Shown one piece after another: positions 18,608 through 26,523 of a stretch of 64,000 nucleotides of DNA (positions within the stretch are counted from its first letter, which is position 1; each line of letters starts with the position of its first letter). Below the pieces are notes generated by a model that made no database searches, was not told the origin of the DNA, and was given only the letters and a program-made list of their open reading frames with translations. The position numbers were made by a program, and so were the translations under genes. This DNA is from a virus (Duplodnaviria; Heunggongvirae; Uroviricota; Caudoviricetes), in IMG/VR virus record IMGVR_UViG_3300033994_001334, positions 1-64,000 of that record. One strand, given 5' to 3'.

Positions 18608-18677
18608 GGTCAGTTTGGTCGTGGAGGCCAGTTAGTCTGCAAAACTAACGGAGTTGGTTCGATTCCAACATTGACCT
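18608..18677 (+). tRNA. tRNA-Cys(GCA)
   Basis: Anticodon stem (G)TTAGT/ACTAA(C), loop CTGCAAA. T-arm GTTGG-TTCGATT-CCAAC. Confidence 0.75.
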
Positions 18678-18686
18678 CAAATACAT

Positions 18687-18764
18687 GGTGGACGTAGCTT
18701 AGTTGGTTAGAGCACCTGATTGTGGTTCAGGAGGTCATGAGTTCGATTCTCATCGTTCACACCA
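18687..18764 (+). tRNA. tRNA-His(GTG) with encoded G-1 and CCA
   Basis: Loop TTGTGGT. Extra 5' G before GTGGACG. Confidence 0.85.
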
Positions 18765-18767
18765 AAT

Positions 18768-18844
18768 TGGAATGTAGCTCAGTTGGTTAGAGCATCTCGC
18801 TGATACCGAGAAGGTCGATGGTTCGAGTCCATCCATTCCAACCA
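18768..18844 (+). tRNA. tRNA-Ile(GAT), CCA encoded
   Basis: TGGAATG…CATTCCA. Loop CTGATAC. Confidence 0.85.
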
Positions 18845-18849
18845 AACAT

Positions 18850-18921
18850 TGCGGGGTAGAGCAGTGGTAGCTCAACGGGCTCATAACCCGTAGGTCGTGG
18901 GTTCGACTCCCACCCCCGCAA
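18850..18921 (+). tRNA. tRNA-Met(CAT), initiator-like (GGG/CCC in anticodon stem)
   Basis: Anticodon stem ACGGG/CCCGT, loop CTCATAA. Confidence 0.75.
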
Positions 18922-18995
18922 CAAATTTTTAAAAAACATTTTATAATTCAAGATTTCTTTTGTATATTTGAAGTGTTCTTTGATTTAAAATACAT

Positions 18996-19068
18996 AGCGA
19001 GATAGTAGCAGCGGTAGCTCGCCAGGCTCATAACCTGGAGGTCGGGGGTTCGATTCCCTCTCTCGCAA
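18996..19068 (+). tRNA. tRNA-(CAT) second copy with 1:72 A:A mismatch (fMet-like or Ile-LAU)
   Basis: Acceptor aGCGAGA/TCTCGCa. Loop CTCATAA. 3-bp D-stem. Confidence 0.6.
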
Positions 19069-19077
19069 CAAAAATAA

Positions 19078-19151
19078 GCCTCCTTAGCTCAGTTGGCCAG
19101 AGCAACGCACTTGTAATGCGTGGGTCGGCGGTTCGAATCCGTCAGGAGGCT
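19078..19151 (+). tRNA. tRNA-Thr(TGT)
   Basis: GCCTCCT…AGGAGGC. Loop CTTGTAA. Confidence 0.85.
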
Positions 19152-19156
19152 CAATT

Positions 19157-19228
19157 GGTCTCATAGTTAATCGGCTATAATATTGCCCTGTCACGGCAAA
19201 GTGCCGGGTTCGATTCCCGGTGGGACCG
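19157..19228 (+). tRNA. tRNA-Asp(GTC)
   Basis: Anticodon stem TTGCC/GGCAA, loop CTGTCAC. Confidence 0.8.
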
Positions 19229-19450
19229 CAATGAGTAAGAGATACTCAATAGATTTGGTGCCGTTTCTTAACAAAGGTATAGTTGTCGCTTTCCACAACT
19301 TTAAAGAGGGGGTCGTCGGAGTATGGTCGTAACAAATCCACCGAGTATGTTTGATTTATGGTTTCATGTGGTAAGACACTAATGTGTTTGTTTTTAATAA
19401 AACTAAACCGTTAAAATCTACTTATCTGTAATCTCAGGGTAGGGAAAATT

Positions 19451-19541
<91 letters not shown>

Positions 19542-19584
19542 ACAATTATTGTTCTTTGACAAATTTAAAAACAACTTTAAAATT

Positions 19585-19890
19585 ATGGAAACATTATCAT
19601 TTATTTTAGGGGTGTCTTCTGTGGTTGGTATTGTAATTTCAATACTGGCTGTGGTTGGATACGTCAAGGTAGGAAAAGTGGAAAAGAACTTGGAATCTTT
19701 TCAAAATAATATATCCAATGAATTGGATAACATAAGAAAAGAAATCTACGATTTAATTAATCATAATCATGATGAGGTAAATCGAAGGATTGATAACACA
19801 GAAAGAGAAATCTTTTCCCAATTAGACTCTCGATTAGATAAATTGGAAAACAAAATAAAAAATGGTCAAAAGGAAGTTTTAAACTCCTAA
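19585..19890 (+). CDS. membrane-anchored coiled-coil protein (start re-called at METLSF…)
   Basis: TM helix, then a heptad-like region. The longer track ORF starts inside tRNA-Ser. Confidence 0.45.
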   Translation: METLSFILGVSSVVGIVISILAVVGYVKVGKVEKNLESFQNNISNELDNIRKEIYDLINHNHDEVNRRIDNTEREIFSQLDSRLDKLENKIKNGQKEVLNS

Positions 19891-19926
19891 GACATAACTA
19901 AAGTTGAAGAACAATAATTGTTAAAT

Positions 19927-19998
19927 GGCCCTATCGTCTATCGGTTAGGACATCAGGTTTTCATCCTGAAAAGTCGGGTTCGACTCCCGGTGGGGCTA
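19927..19998 (+). tRNA. tRNA-Glu(TTC)
   Basis: Anticodon stem TCAGG/CCTGA, loop TTTTCAT. D-stem GTCT/GGAC. Confidence 0.75.
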
Positions 19999-20019
19999 CA
20001 AAATTTTAAATAAACCAGT

Positions 20020-20262
20020 ATGTTAGATAGAATAATAGAACAGTATCAAGATGAAGAAATCTTGATTGCAGACGGATTCGATGATGCCGTAATCGGAATT
20101 GATGAGAAATCAATGAGATTAATTTATTCAGTTGAGAAGTGTATTGAAATCCTAATGAAACAGGGGATGGATATGACTGAAGCGATTGAATACTTTGAAT
20201 ATAATGTATCCGGTTCATATGTCGGAGAAAAAACACCAATATGGTGTGAAGATTTATTTTAA
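20020..20262 (+). CDS. hypothetical acidic small protein
   Basis: 80-aa ORF. Confidence 0.4.
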   Translation: MLDRIIEQYQDEEILIADGFDDAVIGIDEKSMRLIYSVEKCIEILMKQGMDMTEAIEYFEYNVSGSYVGEKTPIWCEDLF

Positions 20263-20370
20263 AAAAATTAACATTTTATGTTACCTTATTGTTAAAGGGA
20301 TTTATTGATGTGTTTTTATTATTATATTATAATATCTATGGGTAATAATAAATAAACTAAAACACTTAAC

Positions 20371-20931
20371 ATGAAAAAAATCCTATTCTTTTTTGTTGTC
20401 TTAATTCCAATGATAACAAAATCACAGTCTTTCACATTTAAACCTCTTGTTGACCAAAACATATCTTGTTACGGTAACAATGATGGGTCAGTACAATTGA
20501 ATGCTGAACCCGCATCTAATTACAAATATACCATATCAAGATTAACCTTTAAGGATACTAATTCTTCAGGTATATTTGGAAACTTAAAACCAGGTGTCTA
20601 TAAAGTTTGTGCAACAAATAATAAAATAACACAATGTTCAAAGTTAACAATAACAGAACCAAAAAAATTATCAATTAAATTTGCGGTCGATAAATACCCA
20701 ACAACAAAAGACCCTATGGGTACAGTTGTGATTGATGTTCTTGGTGGTGTATCGGTACTTCAACCTATTTTAACAACTTGGATTAATAGTAAAGGTGTAC
20801 AAATGAATGATGTAAACAATAATTTTGCCACTTATATGGAGAATATGCCCGCAGACACATATACCGTTAAACTTGAAGATGATAACGGTTGTTTTCTCAC
20901 TAAATCATTTAAATTAATAAAAAAGAAATAA
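20371..20931 (+). CDS. secreted protein with an SprB-repeat-like motif
   Basis: Signal peptide MKKILFFFVVLIPMITKSQ. CYGNNDGSVQL resembles the SprB C.G.NDG repeat. Confidence 0.5.
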   Translation: MKKILFFFVVLIPMITKSQSFTFKPLVDQNISCYGNNDGSVQLNAEPASNYKYTISRLTFKDTNSSGIFGNLKPGVYKVCATNNKITQCSKLTITEPKKLSIKFAVDKYPTTKDPMGTVVIDVLGGVSVLQPILTTWINSKGVQMNDVNNNFATYMENMPADTYTVKLEDDNGCFLTKSFKLIKKK

Positions 20932-20959
20932 AATAAACAAAACAAAAAAAACAAAAATT

Positions 20960-21124
20960 ATGAAAAAAGAACAAATACTAGGAATCGTAAGACACACATT
21001 AACATTTATTGGTGGTGCTTTAGTAGCAAAAGGTTTAGCAACAGACGCTATATCTAATGAATTAATTGGTGCAATCATGACATTAATTGGTGGTGTGTGG
21101 TCAATCGTATCAAAAAATAAATAA
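20960..21124 (+). CDS. small membrane protein (54 aa; MKKEQILGIVRHTLTFIGGALVAKGL…), possibly holin-like
   Basis: Two hydrophobic segments. Below the track size cutoff. Confidence 0.3.
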   Translation: MKKEQILGIVRHTLTFIGGALVAKGLATDAISNELIGAIMTLIGGVWSIVSKNK

Positions 21125-21321
21125 AAATTTTTTAAAAAAGATTTGGAAATTAAAAAACTTTTCGTATCTTTGTAATACTTATCAGAATAACGATGAATAA
21201 CTTGGTATACATACAACCCTCAAATAATCCACTTAGTGGTAATGGGAGAGGTATATATTTATGTGTCCCAAGTTCGGAGTTAAACAGATTATAAGAAACT
21301 AGACTTATGAAACACTTTAAA

Positions 21322-21351
21322 CCCGGACTCCAAAAAAGTTCGGGTTTTTTT
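21322..21351 (+). terminator. CCCGGACT ccaaaaa AGTTCGGG + T7
   Basis: 8-bp stem (one G:U) plus T-run. Confidence 0.5.
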
Positions 21352-21412
21352 GTTTTTATCGAGTTTGTTTCTTATCTTTGTAACGGTCTTTGACATATTG
21401 GAATTAAAAGAT

Positions 21413-21500
21413 GCCGAGGTGATGGAATGGTAGACATGAGGGACTTAAAATCCCTTGACCTGAAAAGGTCGTGTGGGTTCGACTCCCATCCTCGGTACCA
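21413..21500 (+). tRNA. tRNA-Leu(TAA), class II, CCA encoded
   Basis: Loop CTTAAAA. Long variable arm TGACCTGAAAAGGTCGT. Confidence 0.85.
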
Positions 21501-21509
21501 AAAAAAAAT

Positions 21510-21581
21510 GGGCTCATAGTTAAAGGGATATAACTTCTCACTTCTAATGAGATGTTCCAAGTTCGAGTCTTGGTGAGCCTA
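21510..21581 (+). tRNA. tRNA-Arg(TCT)
   Basis: Anticodon stem TCTCA/TGAGA, loop CTTCTAA. Confidence 0.85.
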
Positions 21582-21589
21582 CAAAACTT

Positions 21590-21878
21590 AGGATTAATTA
21601 CCCTAAGTATGTCAGGTTCGAAACTGACGATTGATTATGGTGTATGGTGCACACCACCCCTTAACACGGTTCGAGTCCGTGGTCGATGGGTCGACAGGGG
21701 AGGGAGATTATGGTTCGAATCCATTTTAATCAGCGAAGATAATGGTTTTCTCCATTCAACGGATGTCGACAATCCAGAGTGGAATTAGAATTCACCACCC
21801 TTTGCTGAGGCCTCATTAAAACTCAGGAAGCAATTAAGATTGGGACGAGACGGGTATCCCATCATTATCTTTTTTTTT
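21590..21878 (+). ncRNA. tRNA-fragment / tRNA-like structured region (three T-arm-like hairpins, no complete cloverleaf), ending in a terminator
   Basis: GTCAG-GTTCGAAA-CTGAC, CACGG-TTCGAGT-CCGTG and ATGG-TTCGAAT-CCAT hairpins, plus anticodon-like hairpins. Ends GGGACgagacgggtaTCCC + T9. Confidence 0.35.
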
Positions 21879-21953
21879 CGGGATGTAGCGTAGTCCGGTT
21901 ATCGCGCATGGTTTGGGACCATGAGGTCGCAGGTTCGAATCCTGCCATCCCGA
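21879..21953 (+). tRNA. tRNA-Pro(TGG)
   Basis: CGGGATG…CATCCCG. Loop TTTGGGA. Confidence 0.8.
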
Positions 21954-21960
21954 CATAAAT

Positions 21961-22032
21961 TCCTCGGTAGCTCAGCGGTAGAGCAGTAGACTGTTAATCT
22001 ATTGGTCCCAAGTTCAAATCTTGGCCGGGGAG
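21961..22032 (+). tRNA. tRNA-Asn(GTT)
   Basis: Loop CTGTTAA. T-arm CCAAG-TTCAAAT-CTTGG. Confidence 0.85.
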
Positions 22033-22107
22033 CAAAAAAATCGTAACAGAAATGTTGAAGGTGAGTAATGATATCATCACCACAGGTTAATCGATGTCCT
22101 GTAGTTT

Positions 22108-22181
22108 GCCTTCGTAGGAGAACTGGTATATCCACTGCACTTAGGATGCAGATTTTGTGGGTTCGAATCCCACCGAGGGTA
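22108..22181 (+). tRNA. class-I tRNA with anticodon TAG (reads CUA); Leu by anticodon but lacks the long variable arm
   Basis: Acceptor GCCTTCG/CGAGGGT. Anticodon stem CTGCA/TGCAG, loop CTTAGGA. Variable region only ATTTT. Discriminator A. Confidence 0.6.
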
Positions 22182-22187
22182 CAATTT

Positions 22188-22272
22188 GGGAGCGTCGCAT
22201 AGTGGCAATTGCAAGGGACTGTAAATCCCTCCTCTTTTGAGTTCGAAGGTTCGAGTCCTTCCGCTCCCACCA
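22188..22272 (+). tRNA. tRNA-Tyr(GTA), class II, CCA encoded
   Basis: GGGAGCG…CGCTCCC. Loop CTGTAAA. Long variable arm. Confidence 0.8.
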
Positions 22273-22284
22273 AAATAAAAAGTT

Positions 22285-22845
22285 ATGACAAGAAGTAAAG
22301 TGTTTGATGATATCTTTAAAAGATTAACACCAGAAGAAATGGAAAAGATAAAACAAGAAAGAATTAGTTATGTTAAGTCATTAACATCAGAATTTCAACT
22401 TGGTTTATATGTCGGTGAACATATTGTGAATCGTCATCTACCAACTCTTTCAACTGATGGTATCCGAACCAGAAATGTTATACAAGTTTCTGAGGAAGAT
22501 GTTACAGAAAATGAAAGGTTGGACAAAGATTGGTTTTCAACAACTCGTTATGGTGAAAACAACAACGGGTCGGAAAATGGTGATAAAGAAAAATGGAATT
22601 TATATTACCAACATAATAAGATGTTGGAAAAAAAATATCTTCCCAATCCACTTGTTTGTTATGTGGGAACATTAAACATTCAGGATATGGATGAATTCAA
22701 AAAAGGATTAATCCAAACATTGTGGGATTGTGATACATGTTCATATAATCTTGAAAAGGATAATATAAAAATATATAACGATGAAGGATATTATTCCACA
22801 ATAATTGAATTTAAATTGGATGAAGATAAGTTAACATTAAAATAA
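22285..22845 (+). CDS. hypothetical protein
   Basis: 186-aa ORF between tRNA islands. Confidence 0.45.
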   Translation: MTRSKVFDDIFKRLTPEEMEKIKQERISYVKSLTSEFQLGLYVGEHIVNRHLPTLSTDGIRTRNVIQVSEEDVTENERLDKDWFSTTRYGENNNGSENGDKEKWNLYYQHNKMLEKKYLPNPLVCYVGTLNIQDMDEFKKGLIQTLWDCDTCSYNLEKDNIKIYNDEGYYSTIIEFKLDEDKLTLK

Positions 22846-22851
22846 ATTTTG

Positions 22852-22928
22852 GGCCTTTAGCTCATTAGGTTAGAGCAGCTCGCTCATAACGAGAAGGTGA
22901 TAGGTTCGAATCCTATATGGCCCACCAA
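22852..22928 (+). tRNA. tRNA-(CAT) third copy (elongator Met or Ile-lysidine), CCA encoded
   Basis: Anticodon stem GCTCG/CGAGA, loop CTCATAA. T-arm ATAGG-TTCGAAT-CCTAT. Confidence 0.8.
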
Positions 22929-22992
22929 AATGTGGTCAACCCTTAACTCCAAAACTTTTTATTGAGTCTTTGTTATGGGAAGACCACTCCAA

Positions 22993-23064
22993 GCGAGTAT
23001 AGTATAACGGTTATTATGCCTGGCTTCCAACCAGGATATGTCAGTTCGATTCTGACTACTCGCT
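22993..23064 (+). tRNA. tRNA-Gly(TCC)
   Basis: GCGAGTA…TACTCGC. Loop CTTCCAA. Confidence 0.8.
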
Positions 23065-23073
23065 CCGTATAAT

Positions 23074-23143
23074 GTCCTGTGGTGTAACGGCAGCACGTCT
23101 GGTTTTGGTCCAGAAAATTGAGGTTCGAATCCTTGCGGGACAA
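23074..23143 (+). tRNA. tRNA-Gln(TTG)
   Basis: Anticodon stem TCTGG/CCAGA, loop TTTTGGT. Confidence 0.7.
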
Positions 23144-23202
23144 CTAAAATAATTCTAATATGAAAAAAACAGATGACTTCTATTGAATAAACTCAATAGA
23201 TT

Positions 23203-23460
23203 ATGTCAAAAAACAGAAACAGAGCACGACTCTCAAAATCGGAATGTGGTAGGGATTACCACTTAATTTCTTTGAACGAATGGTATCCCCTTTATTGGGA
23301 TGAAGGATTAAATTTCTATCCATACTATAAAAAAGGTTATAAAAATCCCAATAAAAGAATTCCCATGTATAAAGTACGTGAGTACAAGACGTGGAAATAT
23401 AATAGAAGAACTAAATGGAAGGTTACCCAAGTTGGTGAAGGGGTCAGTTTGCTAAACTGA
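23203..23460 (+). CDS. doubtful ORF (3' 44 nt overlap tRNA-Ser)
   Basis: 85-aa ORF whose end runs into a well-formed tRNA. Confidence 0.25.
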   Translation: MSKNRNRARLSKSECGRDYHLISLNEWYPLYWDEGLNFYPYYKKGYKNPNKRIPMYKVREYKTWKYNRRTKWKVTQVGEGVSLLN

Positions 23461-23505
23461 TAGGGTGTCACAGCCGCGAGGGTTCGAGCCCCTCATCTTC
23501 CGCCA
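23417..23505 (+). tRNA. tRNA-Ser(GCT), class II, CCA encoded
   Basis: Acceptor GGAAGGT/ATCTTCC. Anticodon stem TCAGT/ACTGA, loop TTGCTAA. T-arm GAGGG-TTCGAGC-CCCTC. Confidence 0.7.
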
Positions 23506-23530
23506 CATAATTATAGAGAAACAAAATGAA

Positions 23531-23992
23531 ATGAAAAACTTTAGAACATTGTACGGGAAAAAAATTACCGATGTTGTACAATACATCAAAGACTACTTAG
23601 TAGATAAAAATGATGTTGAGATATTAATTGGTTCAGACTCACAATCGTTTAGTAATTCTAAAACGGTGTACGGAGTCGTTATTGCACTTTATACCAAAGG
23701 TAAAGGTGCTCACGTATTATGTACTAAAGAAACCGTTCCATTTGAAAAAAACACACCTCACAGATTAATGACCGAAGTATGGAAAGCGGTTGAGGTTGCG
23801 GAATTTTTAAGAAATAACGATTTACCAAGAGCGGAATGGATTGATATTGATTTAAATCCAGACCCACGATTCAAATCCAATTCAGTTTTAAGACAAGCCG
23901 TTGGTTTGGTTGAAGGTATGGGTTATAAAGTTAGATACAAACATGCGGGTGCGTTAGTTACATATACCGCAAATCACTTAGTAAGATTATAA
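23531..23992 (+). CDS. RNase-H-like YkuK/DUF458-type protein (start re-called at MKNFRTLY)
   Basis: …ILIGSDSQ…VYGVVIALYT…. The longer track start lies inside tRNA-Ser. Confidence 0.45.
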   Translation: MKNFRTLYGKKITDVVQYIKDYLVDKNDVEILIGSDSQSFSNSKTVYGVVIALYTKGKGAHVLCTKETVPFEKNTPHRLMTEVWKAVEVAEFLRNNDLPRAEWIDIDLNPDPRFKSNSVLRQAVGLVEGMGYKVRYKHAGALVTYTANHLVRL

Positions 23993-24417
23993 TGAAAAAT
24001 AAAATAAACATAGTTAATAGAAAATCTAAATTTGAATACCAATTCGTTGACACGTATACCGCCGGTGTTGTGTTAAATGGTGTCGAAGTTAAATTTATAC
24101 GAGATGGTAATTTATCATTTACGGATTCATATTGTATTTTCCAAAATGGAGAATTATTCATGAAAAATACTTCCATATCCGGTATTGGTAATGATAATAT
24201 CAGAAGAGACAGAAAACTATTACTGAAGAAAAAAGAACTTACTAAGTTAAATAAAGATTTAATTAATGGTTTATCAATAATCCCCTATCGTTTATATGAG
24301 AATGATAGGGGAATATTTAAAATTGAAGTTGTTCTTGCAAAAGGAAAGAAACTTCACGATAAGCGAGAGTCAATTAAAAAGAGAGATGTTGAAAGAGAAA
24401 TAAAAAAAATATTTTAA
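23992..24417 (+). CDS. smpB: SsrA-binding protein SmpB
   Basis: Matches along the whole SmpB length: NRKSKFEY…AGVVLNGVEVKFIRDGNLSFTDSY…RDRKLLLKKKEL…IIPYRLYENDRGIFKIEVVLAKGKKLHDKRESIKKRDVEREI. Confidence 0.85.
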   Translation: MKNKINIVNRKSKFEYQFVDTYTAGVVLNGVEVKFIRDGNLSFTDSYCIFQNGELFMKNTSISGIGNDNIRRDRKLLLKKKELTKLNKDLINGLSIIPYRLYENDRGIFKIEVVLAKGKKLHDKRESIKKRDVEREIKKIF

Positions 24418-24481
24418 AAAAAATTTGGAATATTAAAAATACTATCTTACCTTTGTTGTTCAACAAAATAAATTTACAAAA

Positions 24482-26365
24482 ATGACAACATCAATTTCAA
24501 CAATTTTAAGTTATTCGTGGATGTTAATTCCACTAATTGTAATCATCGGTTACAAATGGACATTAAGGGTCTTATGTGGTATGGTAATCATTCCCGAAGA
24601 CAAGATTGGTTTAGTAACCAAAAAATTCGTATTATTTGGTACGAACAAATCACTTCCTGATGGTAAAATCATCGCATTAAATGGTGAACCTGGATATCAG
24701 GCTGACACATTAGCTCCCGGTTTATATTGGGGATATTGGGTTTGGCAATATTCAGTTGAACAATCGGCACTTACAGTTATTCCTAAAGGTAAAATTGGTT
24801 TAGTTACCGCGAAAGACGGAGCACAATTACCTGTAGGTTCAATCTTAGCTCGACATGCTGACTGTGACAATTATCAAGACGCAAGAGCGTTCCTTACAAA
24901 AGGTGGACAACGTGGTAAACAAGTTGGTTATCTAAACAATGGTGTTTACCGTATTAATCCTTACTTATTTGAATTATTCGCGGCAGACATTACAAATATT
25001 GAAGATGGTATGGTTGGTGTTATTACCGCATTAGATGGTACACCTTTAGACCAAAATAGTATTGCAGGTAAAGTAGTTGATAACCACAACAACTTCCAAG
25101 ACTTTGATAAATTTTTGGAAAATGGTGGACAACGTGGTCTTCAAATTCAAGTAGTTCAAGCGGGTAACTATTCATTGAACCCATGGGCGGTTGAAGTTGA
25201 AAAAGTTGAGATGACAAAAATTCCAATTGGATATGTTGGTGTCATTATATCATATGTTGGTGGAGAAGGTAAAGATGTAACAGGTGAAGGATTTAAACAC
25301 GGTAACATCGTTAATAAAGGTGAGAAAGGTGTTTGTATATCACCACTTGACCCGGGTAAATATGCAATCAATCCTTACACTACTAAAATTGAAGTTGTTC
25401 CAACTACAAACTTAGTATTGAATTGGGCTAACGCAAGAACTGAATCACATAATCTTGATAAAGGATTAAGTACAATCACAGTTCGTTCTAAAGATGGTTT
25501 CCCATTCAATTTGGATGTATCTCAAATCATTCATATACCAGCACCTGAAGCACCAAAAGTAATTGCTCGTTTCGGTTCAATGCAAAACTTGGTATCTCAA
25601 GTATTAGAACCAACAATTGGTAACTACTTCCGTAACTCGGCTCAAGGTTCTGATGTTATTTCATTCTTATCTACTCGTCAAGAAAGACAAAATTCAGCTA
25701 AATTGGCGATTAGTAAAGTATTGGATGAATATAATGTTCACGCAGTTGATACGTTAATTGGTGATATTACCCCACCAGAATCGTTGATGAAAACATTAAC
25801 TGACCGTAAAATTGCTGAAGAAGAAAAAGTAACATACGACACACAACGTCAGGCTCAAGACCAACGTAAAACATTGGAATCAGCAAAGGCTTTGGCCGAT
25901 ATGCAAGGTAAGATGGTTGCCGCTCAACAATCGGTAGAGATTTCCGAAAGAGAAGCACAGGCATTGGTAAAGAAAAATGAAGGTGAGGCTAAATCGATTG
26001 AATTGAAAGCGGGAGCAAACTCAAAGGCTAAGATTCTAAACGCAGAAGCTGAGGCTAAACAAATTGAATTAACAGGTAACGCTGAAGCAACAAAAATTGA
26101 GGCGATTGGTAAAGCAACCGCTGAGGCGTATGAAAAACAAGTAACCGCGATGGGTGCTGATAATTTCGCTAAGTTCAAGATTACCGAAATGATTGGACAA
26201 AACGGTATCAAAATTATTCCTGAAATTCTTATCTCAGGTAATGAAGGTGGTAACGGTCCGATATCGGGATTACTTGGAATGGAATTATTAAGTATGGTTC
26301 GTGAAAAAAATAATTCAAAAGAAATTCTAAACGAAACAATCAAGGACGCATTACCTAAAGTGTAA
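24482..26365 (+). CDS. flotillin-like SPFH/band-7 protein
   Basis: N-terminal TM. SPFH domain. C-terminal Ala/Glu-rich flotillin repeats (AEAEAKQIELTGNAEATKIEAIGKATAEAYEKQ). Confidence 0.8.
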   Translation: MTTSISTILSYSWMLIPLIVIIGYKWTLRVLCGMVIIPEDKIGLVTKKFVLFGTNKSLPDGKIIALNGEPGYQADTLAPGLYWGYWVWQYSVEQSALTVIPKGKIGLVTAKDGAQLPVGSILARHADCDNYQDARAFLTKGGQRGKQVGYLNNGVYRINPYLFELFAADITNIEDGMVGVITALDGTPLDQNSIAGKVVDNHNNFQDFDKFLENGGQRGLQIQVVQAGNYSLNPWAVEVEKVEMTKIPIGYVGVIISYVGGEGKDVTGEGFKHGNIVNKGEKGVCISPLDPGKYAINPYTTKIEVVPTTNLVLNWANARTESHNLDKGLSTITVRSKDGFPFNLDVSQIIHIPAPEAPKVIARFGSMQNLVSQVLEPTIGNYFRNSAQGSDVISFLSTRQERQNSAKLAISKVLDEYNVHAVDTLIGDITPPESLMKTLTDRKIAEEEKVTYDTQRQAQDQRKTLESAKALADMQGKMVAAQQSVEISEREAQALVKKNEGEAKSIELKAGANSKAKILNAEAEAKQIELTGNAEATKIEAIGKATAEAYEKQVTAMGADNFAKFKITEMIGQNGIKIIPEILISGNEGGNGPISGLLGMELLSMVREKNNSKEILNETIKDALPKV

Positions 26366-26377
26366 TAGATATAGGGT

Positions 26378-26432
26378 TTTGGAGAGTTACGAGGTAACCA
26401 AAAAATTACTTCGTAACACTCTCTCCAAAAAT
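26378..26432 (+). terminator. long imperfect hairpin (TTGGAGAGTTACGAGGTAA…TTACTTCGTAACACTCTCTCCAA)
   Basis: About 20-bp interrupted stem downstream of the flotillin stop. Confidence 0.4.
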
Positions 26433-26523
26433 ATTTTTAAAAAAAGTTTTAAAAATACTTGTTTTTTAAAAAAAGTTTCGTATATTTGTATTCACAACAA
26501 CTAATTAAAACATTTTTACTACA

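Noticed and set aside
21552-22273. ORFs 21552-21788 (+), 21899-22273 (−), 19434-19667 (−) and 21372-21560 (−)
   Set aside because: All overlap tRNA or tRNA-fragment sequences and have no start context.
23465-23530. Upstream start of ORF 23465-23992 (MSQPRGFEPL…)
   Set aside because: The first 40 nt lie inside tRNA-Ser(GCT). An internal Met at 23531 with a plausible RBS was preferred.
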